Source of the DNA: Diplonema japonicum
Taxonomy: Eukaryota > Protista > Euglenozoa: Diplonemea
DNA: 64,000 bases
NCBI GenBank assembly: GCA_964019335.1
Contig: OZ025734.1
Coordinates: forward strand, 1 to 64,000
Direction of reading: 5' to 3'
This document shows, one piece after another, positions 42,027 to 55,856 of the stretch. A program made the translations under genes and the position numbers. Below the pieces are notes generated by a model. It was given only the letters and a program-made list of their open reading frames with translations. It made no database searches and was not told where the DNA came from. Positions within the stretch are counted from its first letter, which is position 1. Each line of letters begins with the position of its first letter.

Positions 42027-43808
42027 CTACAGCGACGGCTGGTAGTGGGAGGGGGTTTGCAGCATGAACACGGCAGCCCTGCTGAGGAGAGAAGGGATAC
42101 AGGTGGGTATAGAGTGTAAAAAGAGGCGGAACCGCTTGTGCATTTGCGGCAAAGGGGTGCCTTCTATAAGAAGAGCCAGGGAGCGGTAAGCATCACTGGC
42201 GATCTGCTCCGGAAGGTCGCAGACGATGACAAGCCAATGGCCTTTGCGGATGCAGATTTTGCACACTTTAAGTGCTTCCTGCACTGCTGTGTGTGAATAA
42301 ACCACAACGTGCTTTACGTGCTGACCTGTTCCTAAGGCATGGGCATCTACAGCAGACACAGGGCTTGCGTCGTACCCAGTGAAGATGACTGGCCTCTTGG
42401 GCCGTGCCACTCCCAGCGCCCTCTTGACATCATCGGCTGTGACCTGCACTGCTTCCGTGCCGGGGTAGCACTCACGCTTCTTAGCATGCGACCAGCACAC
42501 GTTCAGTTTGCACACAACGCCTTCAATGTCCGCACTGACACCCGCCTTCTTGCAATACCCCAGCAGCATTTGGAAGACGTCTTGCACACGCACTGCACCG
42601 TCCACGAGGCTACCCTGCACTGATATGCACGTGTCGCCGTCTTTGTTGAAGGCGCCCACCATATCCGTCACGACACTGCCCCGCAACGCCCCCGCCTTGT
42701 TCACATCCCATGTCTCGAATAGTGTCCTCGCAGCGTCCCTGCACTTCTCCTCTACCACACGCATCATCATCCTGCTGAAGAGGTGCTCTCTAAGGAACTC
42801 CACCAAGCAGTTGAACACTTCGCTCGGCAGCAGCTCGGTGAGGGTTACCATGTAGCTGATGAAGTCGGCCCGTGCAACATGCCCGAAGGGAGTCACAGGC
42901 ACACCGCTCGCCTTGCCATCCTTCGTGCCGTCGCGCCAGTAGAAGAAAGCTTGCAAGCTGTTCACAAGATTCCCCATTGCAAGGGAACCCCCACCTTCAC
43001 CATACAGCTGGTACAGTATAGAGTACCTGTTACCGATTTCAAGGGGGCCGCATTTCTGCGCGTGGAGGCGTGTCCGCAAGGTGACCCCGAGGACCCCGTA
43101 GAGACGGACCCGCTCATATCGTTTGGCAAGCAGTTTCGTGTGCCTATCATGTTTAGGGGGCTCAATGGGACACACGGAGCACAACCACCGTCTGAGGCAC
43201 GAGCCCGAAGCTTGAACAGCAATGGCACGCTGCTTCTGAAACTCCACATAGAGACCCCACGTGACAGGGGCATCAGCACACGGCGAGAAGGGGTACTCGT
43301 CATCACTATCAGAAGCAGGCGCAGTAGGAGTGGACCGTGCAGAGAGGGGCGACGTGGCAACAGGGGAATCGTTGCGTGCAGACAGTTGCCCTGAACACGA
43401 TACGGCCAAGGGCGGTGCCCCTCCATACATGATGCGGCACACGGTGGCCTCTAAGTCCTCCAACTCGGCGTAGGATTCAGTGTCGCTGAGGTTAGGTGTG
43501 TTGCTTTCCGAAGGAATGGACAACGAGCCGTCTAGGGACTCCGGGAGGATAGGAAATGCATCACAGTCAAGAAGAGCAATGTGGTTCATGATGTCCTCGG
43601 CCTTCCTTTTCACATTCACGAAGAACTCTGTCTGCAGGTCCTTGAGCGTGAGCTCCCTCAGCTCCGCTCCGCTTATGTTGTGCAGTGCCACCAGGGCCAC
43701 AAAATCGTCGTTGCACCATGACTCTTGCTTCAACACCAAACACACTTCATTCACGGACCAGTCCTCGAGAGGCTTCCCTAGCATGCTTTGCCTGATGACA
43801 TCGTCCAT
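42027..43808 (-). CDS. SAM + EF-hand-like + dynein AAA6-like domain protein
   Basis: EDWSVNEVCLVL..NISGAELRELTLKDL (SAM); LFETWDVNKAGAL (EF-hand-like); CIRKGHWLVI...MHKRFRLFLH...IPSLL. Confidence 0.62.
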   Translation of the reverse strand: MDDVIRQSMLGKPLEDWSVNEVCLVLKQESWCNDDFVALVALHNISGAELRELTLKDLQTEFFVNVKRKAEDIMNHIALLDCDAFPILPESLDGSLSIPSESNTPNLSDTESYAELEDLEATVCRIMYGGAPPLAVSCSGQLSARNDSPVATSPLSARSTPTAPASDSDDEYPFSPCADAPVTWGLYVEFQKQRAIAVQASGSCLRRWLCSVCPIEPPKHDRHTKLLAKRYERVRLYGVLGVTLRTRLHAQKCGPLEIGNRYSILYQLYGEGGGSLAMGNLVNSLQAFFYWRDGTKDGKASGVPVTPFGHVARADFISYMVTLTELLPSEVFNCLVEFLREHLFSRMMMRVVEEKCRDAARTLFETWDVNKAGALRGSVVTDMVGAFNKDGDTCISVQGSLVDGAVRVQDVFQMLLGYCKKAGVSADIEGVVCKLNVCWSHAKKRECYPGTEAVQVTADDVKRALGVARPKRPVIFTGYDASPVSAVDAHALGTGQHVKHVVVYSHTAVQEALKVCKICIRKGHWLVIVCDLPEQIASDAYRSLALLIEGTPLPQMHKRFRLFLHSIPTCIPSLLSRAAVFMLQTPSHYQPSL

Positions 43809-44898
43809 TTATACTATGGGTTTGGTTTTTTTCTTCTTTTTTTTTTTCTTTTTTTTTTTTTACTTACGGAAAAAGAGAAAAAAAAAGAAAAAGGTTAACA
43901 TCGACTTCCAGGGGTTTCTTCTTTTCCTTTTTTTTTTTACCTTACCTTTCTTCTGCCAACGATATTAAAAAGAAAAAAAAAAAAACACTTGGCATTTTCG
44001 TTTTCGTCTTTCTTTCTTTCCTTTCTTCATGTGTGATGCTGTTGCAAATACCAATAGGATGTAACCATAAAAAAAATAATAATAAGCAGTTTGTCAAGAA
44101 AGCGGGAGAGGGTGTGTTTGGGCACTGGGAATGTAAGAGAAAAAAAAGGGGGGGGAAGGGGGGAAGAAAAGGAAAATCAACGTTTGCTAGTACCGAAAGG
44201 GGGCCTCTCCTACTGCGATGGTCGCATTCTTTTTTTTTTTCTTCTTTTTTTCTTTTTTTTTAAAAGTAGCTCTTTCGCTCATTCACAGAGAAGGGGGCTT
44301 TGGTACCGCCACCCGTACCACTTTCACTTTTTCATTCTTTTTGGTTTTTGATTTTTTTTTTTTTTTTCCCCACCCGAAAAGGATGAAGAAAGGGAAAATG
44401 AAGAAGAGAACAAAGAAAAGGGGGAAACTGAAGGGAAAATAGGAAAGATAATGAAAAAAGGTGAAAGGAGGCCGTCTTAGCTTTTCTCTTTGATTTTTTT
44501 TTTCTTCTTTCCCCCACTCTTCCTCTCCCCCCCATGCACGGCAGTCTTCTTTTTCTTTTAAAAAGAATTTCCGGAATGGGTGGGGGATAAGGAAGAACCC
44601 GCTCCAGCTATTTTTATGAAGAAAAAAAAAGGGGGGGGTAAAAAAAAGCATTTTTTTATTCTTTTTTTTTCCTCTCGGACTGAACGGGAATAAAACAACA
44701 CCAAAAAAAAATGGGGAGGGGCAACCAGAACGTAGGTAAAAAAAAAAAAAAAAATCATCAAAAACAAAATTAAAATGTTATGCCGGATACTCTCCTTTGG
44801 GGGGTGTATATTTCCACCTCCCATCCATGGTATTAAGAAGAAAAAAAAAAAGGAAAAAAAAAAAAAAAAAAAAAAAAAAAACAGTTCTGAGCGAGTCA

Positions 44899-44935
<37 letters not shown>

Positions 44936-44990
44936 AAACAAACAAAAAAAAAATATTTAGTGAAAAATATCTTTGTGTCCCTCTTTTTTT

Positions 44991-45021
<31 letters not shown>

Positions 45022-45029
45022 CCCTGTCA

Positions 45030-47114
<2,085 letters not shown>

Positions 47115-47175
47115 CCTACCCCCCTCCTGTGAGTGTGATTGAAGAGTGGAGAAAGTTTTAAAAAAAATGGCCTTG

Positions 47176-47472
47176 TCAATGCGAGAGGATAAGCCTCCTT
47201 CCCCCTTGCCCCCAGCCCTTCCCCACCGCGTTCCCGAACATCGTGTCACGCACGCATGCCTTCTCCCCCCCTTTCCGTGGTTTAAACGGCTCGGTAAAGT
47301 ACCTCACGCCCCTCATCACACCTCCAACCCCTGCACCCAGCCGCCTCAGCATGACCATACTCCACTTTTTTACAAATGCGGCGGCTCGCGCTGTTTTAGT
47401 GGGTGACTCAGGGTTGCCTGGCGGATCGATGTCGATGTGGTGGGAAGGGAGACGGTGTGTAAGCATCTGCAT
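47176..47472 (-). CDS. Small basic hypothetical protein (98 aa)
   Basis: ATG preceded by CTCAG-GAGGGG like neighbouring genes; homopolymer-poor island. Confidence 0.4.
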   Translation of the reverse strand: MQMLTHRLPSHHIDIDPPGNPESPTKTARAAAFVKKWSMVMLRRLGAGVGGVMRGVRYFTEPFKPRKGGEKACVRDTMFGNAVGKGWGQGGRRLILSH

Positions 47473-47595
47473 CCCCTCCTGAGACCCCACTTTTTTTATT
47501 CGTTTCTTTTCTTTTTATAAATATCAGATACCAGATAAACAATAAAATACTACAATAAAATACAAAAAAAACTACCTACAAATACACAAACCGCC

Positions 47596-48336
47596 CTACC
47601 AATGGCGCTGGATCTCCTCAAGATACGAAGGAGAGTGTGAAGGGGTGAGGGGCGCGTTGGGGACAGAGAGGCGAAGCACGGCGAGAGAGGTGTCGTAGGG
47701 GTTAGGTGAGGGCATGAGGACCGCCTTTTTGGAGTCCCTGCACCGCTCGCGTTCGAGGTTGCGGAGGGCAAGAAGCGAGGAGGTCTCGAAGAGCTTCCTT
47801 TGAGAGACCTCGCTGGACACCATGCTGCGGTGCTTCTTGAGGAAGGAACCTTGTTGTTTGTTGATGGCCTCGCGGTGGGCCTCTGCTTTCCCTAAGGCGG
47901 CTGTCTTTAGCCTCTCGACCAATGCCCTGAGGTCGCCTATCATAACCTTCTGTGTCTCTATCAATTCGTCTTGCTCTGCGATCTCCAGCTGCCGTGCCGT
48001 TTGCGTCCCTATACAGTTCCCCGCCATGGTATCGTTCCGGGTTTGTGTAGCGGTGTCTTCCATGTACCCCATCTCTTCCTTCCCCACACCATCGAAGATG
48101 TACGCTGAGTGCCTCCTTGGTGAAGGCGGCATCGATCTCGCAGGTGACCCGACAGACGCGTCGTCCTTCTCTGCAAACCACAAGTACTGCCTCACCCTCT
48201 CCTCCGTCAGGATGTACTGATAGCTCCTATCCTTCCCAACCTCTCCAGGCCGCTGCCCCATGCTGGGGTTCAACTTTAACTTCCTTGTTGGGACATTGGT
48301 CTGCCCCAACACCATGAAATCCCCGCTAAGATCCAT
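47596..48336 (-). CDS. Hypothetical coiled-coil protein
   Basis: 246-aa ORF on the cluster strand, AG shortly before the ATG. Confidence 0.6.
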   Translation of the reverse strand: MDLSGDFMVLGQTNVPTRKLKLNPSMGQRPGEVGKDRSYQYILTEERVRQYLWFAEKDDASVGSPARSMPPSPRRHSAYIFDGVGKEEMGYMEDTATQTRNDTMAGNCIGTQTARQLEIAEQDELIETQKVMIGDLRALVERLKTAALGKAEAHREAINKQQGSFLKKHRSMVSSEVSQRKLFETSSLLALRNLERERCRDSKKAVLMPSPNPYDTSLAVLRLSVPNAPLTPSHSPSYLEEIQRHW

Positions 48337-48460
48337 CGCGCTACCTTTGAGGACTAAAAAACATTGAAGACAATATTTGGGCAGAGAACAAAAAAAAAAA
48401 AAAGAAGATGGGATAAAAAGAAGAAAAAATCGAGGAAAAAAAAAAAAAGAGAAACGGTTC

Positions 48461-51414
48461 TCAGTCGGTGGGTGGGTTGTCCTTCTTCTTCAACTTTGTC
48501 TTTTTCCTTGCGAGTCTGTTTGCGTTGCCCAGCCCGCCGCGCCGCAGGGTGGGTTTGTTCTTGGAGGCCGGTACAGGGGTGCTGGAGGGCGTAGTTGAGG
48601 AGCGTGACTGGTGGGTAACGTTGACATCCAGGTTTTCCCAAGCAGTACTGGCGGCAACGGAGTCGAGGGAGAGATGCATCAAGGGGTCGGGGTCGGGATC
48701 GGGGTCAGGGTCAATGTCGGGGTTAACATTAGAAGGCTGCTGACTGGGACAGGTTGACAGCATATCGAGGTCAAGGGGCTGGATCGGCTCGTCAGTGAGA
48801 TCCATACCACCGAACCCAAAGGCATCCTCGTGCGACGCCTCTCGCACGGTGGGGGTGATCACCATCGGCTCACCAAGCACAGGAGGCGTGCATTCCACTT
48901 GGCTGGTCTGGCTTCGCAGCGTCGTCGGGATGGGTATCCGCATGTTGGGTGACCCTGTGACCCCTACCACCTGCGAGATCGATGCCGGTGGGTTGGGAAG
49001 TGCAGGCGTCCCTGGGGTGTCGAGGTCCAGTGGCGGCAAGGGGTTCGCTTTGACATCGTCTCTCTTCCTCTTCACACCCTTCGTCGAAGGTGCCGGTGGT
49101 TGGCTCTTCACCTCTTCCGCTCTTGTCTTCCGCGACGCGAACAACGTGGTGATGTCCGAAGAGTCCTACCAATAGTGAGAAATTGCATTTGACCATATCG
49201 ATATCATACCTGTGGTGCCGGGTACGCGTAGCGCACGTCGGTTGCCAGCTTGCAAGGCGTCAAGGTCTCGGGGCTGAGCTTCGTTACATGGCCGAACTCT
49301 TCGTGATCCGCCAGGCCGAGCTGCTTAATCAGCACATCCTGCATCTCCAGCAGATCTCTTTCAGGGTCCTGTGTGTTTTAAATGTGGTTTCTGTCTTTTT
49401 ACGCGTTCCATCTGCATACCTTGGGCGCAACGGTATGCAGGGGCGAGCTGTCGGAACTACCGGGACCTTCCCCCCCGAGGTTCATCAGGCTGACTGCTAC
49501 CACGGCATCTCGGAGCTTGACTTCTGTGTCGTTGACAAGCAGGCTGTGTGCTTGTGCAAGGCGGATAAGACTCTCAAGCATGCGCACCGTTCGGCGCGAC
49601 TTGTTCATGCTGCTCCTGGACTCCCGCTGCCAGTTGTAGTACCGTTGGATGAGAAGAGAGGCTGCCTTTGTCATTGGGGGGAGGCCTGCTTTCTTCTTCT
49701 GTTTCAGCCACCCAATGTACGTCTTCAGTGTGTCGGTGTCCCATTTCAGCATGTCCTCCGCCTCCTCGTCGGTTACCTTCTTTTTCTCGGGGTCCCACGG
49801 TTCCTCCTCTGCCTTCTGCAACACGTAATCCGCGAGGCACATGTCCCACCCTTCGTCGTGCACGTCAAGCAGCACCATGACGAGGTCGAACCTTGACAGC
49901 AGCGGTGTGGCTATCCCAATGGCTGTTTCCCCGTCGAGCACGCTTTGGTCCTTTTTAGGGTTGCATGCTGCAATCACAGAGCACCTTGTGTTCAGGGTGG
50001 TCACCAGCCCCGCCTTCGCGATTGATATAGTCTGCTGCTCCATCGCCTCGTGGATGGCCACGTGCTTCTGCTCGGGGATTGTCGAGAACTCATCTATGCA
50101 GCACACACCGCCGTCTGCAATGACAAGTGCACCTGCGTCGAGCACCCACTCACCGCCCTCCTTGTAAGCGCTTACGGTAAGCCCTGCTGACGTGCTTCCC
50201 ACACCTGTCGTGCAGACGCTTCGCGAGGACATCTTCGATGCGAACTGCAAGAACTGCGACTTGGCTGTGCCGGGGTCGCCCACGAGCAGCATGTGGCACT
50301 CCCCTCGTGTCCTGCTGCCGTCCCGCTCGACCTCAACGGAGTACCCGCCGATAAGCACCAGCATCAGGCTGAGCTTCACCCTGTGCATGCCATAGATCTG
50401 CGGGCATATGTTGCCAAGGATGATGTCCCTCGCGGCGATGCGGTCGTCCGCGTGCTGCTCCCAGAACTCTTCGAACATCTCCTCCTCCTCGACTGCCACG
50501 TTGGTGTCGGACTTGTTCTCGTTGGTGACGCGTATGTAGTTGGCGTGCAGCACCAGCTCTATGGAGCACCGCTGGTCGGGCCGGGGCTCCTTGTGCCACC
50601 TCCGCGTGAGCACGCCCACTGTAATAAGGTCGTCACCCGCACGACAGGACTCCGCCAAGTCATCCTCAAGGATTACGGTGATGGAACGGGGGATGGTGCC
50701 TGCCTTGAGGTTGGTGACCTGGTCCTGAAGCTTGATCTCCTGGTAATCTCGGAGCTGCGGGGCTTGGTCTTGCTTTGTAGGCGCGACAGAGGTCATGGTT
50801 TTGGAGCACCCGGCGCATGCAGGAGGACGCTGGGTGATGCTGGTACCGTGTGCAGGGGAGAGGACCTCAATAGTGCGCCGGCCTTCGAAGGTGTTGTGGC
50901 ATCGCTCGCAGGCGTATTCCTTGGAGGCTTCGAACATGCGAACGGACCCTTCTCGGATGACGATGCCGCGTACTGACATAAGCTGCCCGACGTCTTCGGT
51001 GCGCAGGGCGGTGATGCTTCGCTTGAAGAAGTCCTTCGTGAGGGGCAGGTTCACAACCCGAACCTTGACGTTCTTCTTCACAGTGTAGGCCCTGGGGTCA
51101 TGGTGCAGACCGAGCGAAGCGGTGTCTGCGGTGTTTTGGATTTTCAACAGCATCGCTTCTTGAGTGGCGACGACGCTCTGCTCGGACAGGGGGATCAGCT
51201 TCGCGGGCTGCGCCAGCATCATGTGCCCCACCTTCGCGTTCAAGTTGAGCAACATGACAGCATCGATGTATATAGGATAGTAGTGACGGGTGCTCTCACT
51301 TAGCATCACATCCTCAAACTGCTCCAAATGGTGCTCGAAGTACTTGCAGAATATGTTGATATAGTCCGTGGCACTGTGTTCGCTTACGTCCATTAGTTTC
51401 TTTTGCGTTTCCAT
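48461..51414 (-). CDS. MCM9: DNA helicase MCM9, 2 introns
   Basis: DYQEIKLQD, IPRSITVILEDDL, LLVGDPGTAKSQFL, CCIDEF, IHEAMEQQTISIAKAG, LLSRFDL, TVRMLESLIRLAQAH; introns 49369-49419 and 49166-49209 add the disordered tail. Confidence 0.88.
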
Positions 51415-52594
51415 TGCGGCTGATCCCTCTGGGGCATGCTGGGCCTGTGAGTGGGGGAGGGGGTTTTTTTTTTCTTTTCATTTTTTTTTTTTTTTTTTTT
51501 TTTTTTGTACAGAAAAAAAGATAGGGTAAAAAGACGGGGAATAATAATAAAAAAAAGGAAGAAGAAAAGGCGAAAGAGTATTTTAAAAAAAAAAAAAAAT
51601 AGAAAAAAAAAAATATATTGAAACATAATGCAAACAAGCTACTACACGCGCACATTGAAACATACTCCCTCCTGTATAATCGGAAAAGATGGGGTGGGGG
51701 GTGTGGGAAGATAAATAGAAGTTAACCCTTTCGTGTCTGTTAATAAAAAAAAACTTTTTTTTTGATTCTTTCCAATATCTTATTTTTTTATTGGTTTCTT
51801 TATTGTCCCCGTTGCTTGTTTCCCAGGTGATAGACTCATTGTTGATCCCCCCCCTCCTTCCTTTTTATCACCTCCCAATTTCTAAAAAGGAAAACCACGA
51901 CTTCGGCCCCAAACACTGTCTCGAGCTGTCTTACGTCTTTTCTTTTTTTTTTTTTTTCTTCTTTTTGATACGAGATTGCCTCTGCAGGTAATCTTCAGTA
52001 TTCTTATTTTTCTTTTTTCTTTTTTCTTTTCTTTTTTTGTTTCCTTCTTTTTTTCCATGCTCGTGCGTCATCCTTTTTTTTGAGGGTAGTTTTCCAAAAA
52101 ATTACATTGTCACGAAAAGAAAAGAATGGGAAAATAAAAATATAAAAAAAAAAAAGCCACCAGTAGTATCACCCCCTTGTAACTGACGGGTGAATATATA
52201 AAAAAAAAATAAAATAAAATTAAAAGAATGATTCGAAAAAAATAAAAATAAAAAACAAAATAAAAACGGGAAAATAATAAAAAAAGAAAACTTCGACCCT
52301 TTCTCACAGCTTAGTACCAGTGGAAATAAGCTTTCTTCGGAGGTTCTTGTTTTCGTTCTGTTTTTTTTTTTTTTTTTTTTTTTTTCCCTGATAAAAAGGC
52401 GATGGTTAAGGGCAAATCCCACTCGAGGACCACCCCTAGGGCGGGGTCTATCTTTGATGCTACTTGTACTGGAACCTCGCTTTCGTTCCAATTGCAGATA
52501 CCGGTCTCTTTACGTGGATGCAGTTGATGCAATCTCTCTTCACGCTGGTCCTGGTCCCTCCTTTTACCTCGCTTGTAGCTCGAATTCTTGTTAG

Positions 52595-54572
52595 TCACTC
52601 TCCTTGGTCCCGCTCTCGCTCCAAGAGAAAAAAAAAAAGAAGAAGAAAAAAAAAACAATATACCTCAAGCTTCTTGAGCCTCTCATCCACGTGTTCCATG
52701 GGGAGCACGAAAAGGAAAAACCTGGTGTGCGCGAGCTTCAGGTACTATTTTATTTTTTATTATTATTTTGCGTGTTACAAAAAAAAAAAAAAAAAAAGAA
52801 AGAAAGCATACGCTCATAGTCTCTTCTCTGGAGATCCAGGTCTGCACCTTGCAGAACCGCCACTCCGCCTCGAGCGCCTTGTAGGTGTTGAAGAAGTTCT
52901 CTATCTCGTCCTTGATGTGCATGGGGACCTGCCCAACGTCGCTCCACTCCCTCATACGGGGCTCCTTCTTGGGCACTGCAATCACCTTGATGTCAGGCCC
53001 CTTCTCGTCCGTGCACTTGATGGCACCAAGGATGCGCACCACGCACAAACTGAACTCGTTCAAAGGGTGGTTCGACAGCACTAGAACATTCACAGGTCGT
53101 CCATCTTCCGCCACGGTCTGTGGGATGAATCCATAGTTCCCTGGCCAATGGGTAGCGGAGTACAAAGGCCTCTGGAGCACCAGGTTGCCAACCTCCTTGT
53201 TGAACTCGTATTTGTTGCAGGCGTCCTTAGGGCACTCGATCACAGCCATGAGCTCAGGCTTGGTGTCGTCGACCACCTCACCACCCCACGGCAGGCACCA
53301 CAGGTTGGGTGCGTTGTAGATGTTCTTGTCTGGGAAGTCCTCCACGTAGTGCTGGTGGTGCTCCTTGAAGACCTCGATGGCCTCCGCCGTCTCCAGCCTC
53401 CTCACCATCCTCACGTCGGTCTTCCCGTTCAGCACTGCGCTGTGCTCGAAGAACCTCTCGTAGTGCTCGAGGATGGCGTTGTTGATGTGGCTCAGGGACG
53501 AGATGTGCACACTCCTCGGGTCCTCAGAAGGCACACCGATCATCTTGTAGTCCCTCTGCAGCTTGCCGTCCGCGCACCTGTACTCCCTCTCCAAGGCACC
53601 CACGATCCTCACCTCGACAAGGGACTCTGTCACCAGTGCAAAGGCGGTGATGATCTGAATGTCAAGCGGCTTGTGAATCGCCCTCTGCCACGTCTGCGAG
53701 ATCCACCCGTTGTCGCCAGGGTACGGCATGTCCAAGGTGTACCTGTAGTGGCGGAACGACGTGTCGTGCCTGTACCCGTAGCTCGCTGTGCTCCCCTTGC
53801 TGGCGTTGATGTAGCACAGCACAGAGTCCTCGTTCGTCTGCGGTGCGTGCAGCATGTTCGGCGCCCACGAGTTGTCGAACCTGGACGGCCTGCCAGAATC
53901 CTCGAGCTTCTTCGCTTCGTACCTCTGCTTGCTCTCGGCAAGCACTTCAAGGGCCTTCTCCCTCTCACCCCACCCGAGAACCTTGGCCCACTTGGGCTTG
54001 CCGTTCTTCTTCTCGAGAAGCTTGTAGTTCTCGAAGAAGTTCTGGATCTCCATCCTCAAGTGAGGGGGAACGGACTCCAAGGAGGTGATGTGCGAACAGG
54101 ACCTCTGGTCGGCAAGGACTGCGATGATCTTCTCATCTCTCCCGCTCTCGTCTTCCATGTCCATCAGGCCGACGATCCTACAGTTGGCGACGACACCAGG
54201 CTCGAGGCCTTGGTACTCCTGCGCGCTGTAAGGGCTGATCACGAGGAGGTCAAGCGGGTCACCGTCACCGCAGAGCGTGGCAGGGATGTACCCGTAGTCA
54301 CCTGGGTAGTGCACGGCGGAGTGAAGCACTCTGTCCAGCACAAGCATTCCGGTGTCCTTGTCCATCTCGTACTTGTTGGGGCTTCCCCTGGTCACCTCGA
54401 TCACACAGGGCACCACATCGTTTCTCCACTGCTGCCCTTCCCTGTCCCTGGGCGGCTTCCAGTCACCGAACGAGGGGTGCGACGACATTACCTGCTCCCT
54501 CACAGTTGCGAAGGCGACAATCGACTCGTCCGTCGACTGCACACCATCTCTCCCATCACCGACCAGAGGCAT
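52595..54572 (-). CDS. Soluble inorganic pyrophosphatase with three tandem family-I domains (one intact, two degenerate); last exon uncertain
   Basis: Domain 1 NKYE..LDRVL..YPGDYGYIP.TL..DGDPLD..DEK; domain 2 YPGDNGWI..HKPLD..DYK; domain 3 NKYE..LQRPL..NYGFIPQT..DGRPVN..DIK; introns 52745-52811 and one with donor at 52663. Confidence 0.88.
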
Positions 54573-54664
54573 CTTCAAGTTGCGCTGTGTTGTGGATTTC
54601 AAAAAAAAAAAATCATCTGAAAAAAAAAACTTCGGGGTGGAAAAAAAAAAAAAAAAGAAGAAAT

Positions 54665-55651
54665 TCACAGAGCGATGTTAGATATTTTGTCGAGGTACTC
54701 GGGGACGCCTTCTGTCTTCTCGGGGTTGGGGAAGAGCGCCCAGTCGGAAAAACAAGGAGAGGGGATGAGGGAGCAAGCGGTGCGCCATTCCTCGTGTCGA
54801 ATGGCGGAATGGTCTATGAGGCGTGTGGACTTGAGGGAGAGGAAGGTGGAGAGAGGTGCGGGGGTCAGCGACACAACGTGCCCTGAATACATGAGGTTTG
54901 TGAGCTGTTCGTTCGACCATGTCAGTGAACCGAGAAAGAAGAGAAAGTCTTGCGATGTGGCGGCACCCGTCTTCACAAGCTGCACCATGTCGTCGCAGCT
55001 CCCCCCCACACAAATACCGGAACCTCCGAGCTCGGTGGTGCCTTTAACATTGCTGTGCCCGTGAAGCATGATCAAAGGCATCTGTTCACCATCTCCCTTG
55101 TATCCTCCAATCCTCATTTGACACTGTTGTAAAGTGTCCGAGAACACAGGATCAAGACCTTGCACCCTTGCTTCCCCCAGCGTAGCAAAGGGGCAGTTTA
55201 GAACTGTGCCTAGATACGTCGCACGAGATTCCTTCCACACGAGGATGACCGACTGTCGGAGGACTTGATCGTTCCAAAAGGCAAGCGGGTGGGTTACAAG
55301 CATGAACACGTCCGGTAGCGAGGTTGTGAAGGGTGGGATCACCTCCCAGCTGTTTGTCTTGTCTTTTGGGTTTATTTGTGTAGGTGGTTCCGGTAGGGTT
55401 CTTGCGAGTTCAGCCGCGGCCATGAAGTAAGACAGTGTCCTGAAGCCCTCTGTGAGCGGCTTGGGGTCGATGCGCTTGAACTCTTTGCGGATGTTCTCGC
55501 ATAGCGACTCGCCGTGTGCTACCGTGGCTGCGGCATGGTTGCTGCCGTCGCCCTCGATGTCGAAGAGAAGGTTCCTCAGCACGGGGTTCTTCTCGAACTT
55601 CATCCCGTTTTTAATGAGCTTTCTATACACGGAACCCACCACCCCTCGCAT
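54665..55651 (-). CDS. DUF179 (AlgH/YqgE-like) protein
   Basis: LVTHP...LRQSVILV....LGTVLN.P, RIGG, LHG, FLFFLGSLTW...QL. Confidence 0.7.
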   Translation of the reverse strand: MRGVVGSVYRKLIKNGMKFEKNPVLRNLLFDIEGDGSNHAAATVAHGESLCENIRKEFKRIDPKPLTEGFRTLSYFMAAAELARTLPEPPTQINPKDKTNSWEVIPPFTTSLPDVFMLVTHPLAFWNDQVLRQSVILVWKESRATYLGTVLNCPFATLGEARVQGLDPVFSDTLQQCQMRIGGYKGDGEQMPLIMLHGHSNVKGTTELGGSGICVGGSCDDMVQLVKTGAATSQDFLFFLGSLTWSNEQLTNLMYSGHVVSLTPAPLSTFLSLKSTRLIDHSAIRHEEWRTACSLIPSPCFSDWALFPNPEKTEGVPEYLDKISNIAL

Positions 55652-55856
55652 GGTTGGAAACGAAAAGAAAAAATTCGAACCCCCCCCTTACTTTGGACGA
55701 ATGAAAATAAAAGCACGAAAAAAAAAAAGGGAAAAAAAACGTAAACAAAAAGGTATGGTGTGATCAATGATATGCTAAAAGGGGGGGAAATGGGGGGAAA
55801 CACTGTTATATTTTCTTTTTGTTTTTGCTTTTTTTTTTTTTTCTCTCTTTCTCTGA

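Noticed and set aside
43809-45029. Poly-Phe / poly-Lys ORFs here and at 51.4-52.6 kb, 56.6-57 kb and 58.4-59.3 kb
   Set aside because: Homopolymer-rich UTR/spacer sequence translated by the ORF finder
47115-47480. Shine-Dalgarno-like AGGAGG before ATGs at 47114 and 47472
   Set aside because: Explained by a splice-acceptor AG followed by a purine-rich 5' UTR in an intron-containing eukaryotic locus
53148-54620. 490-aa plus-strand ORF, and similar antisense ORFs such as 11772-12683, 26406-27416, 49183-49896
   Set aside because: Antisense shadows of GC3-biased genes; no recognisable motifs
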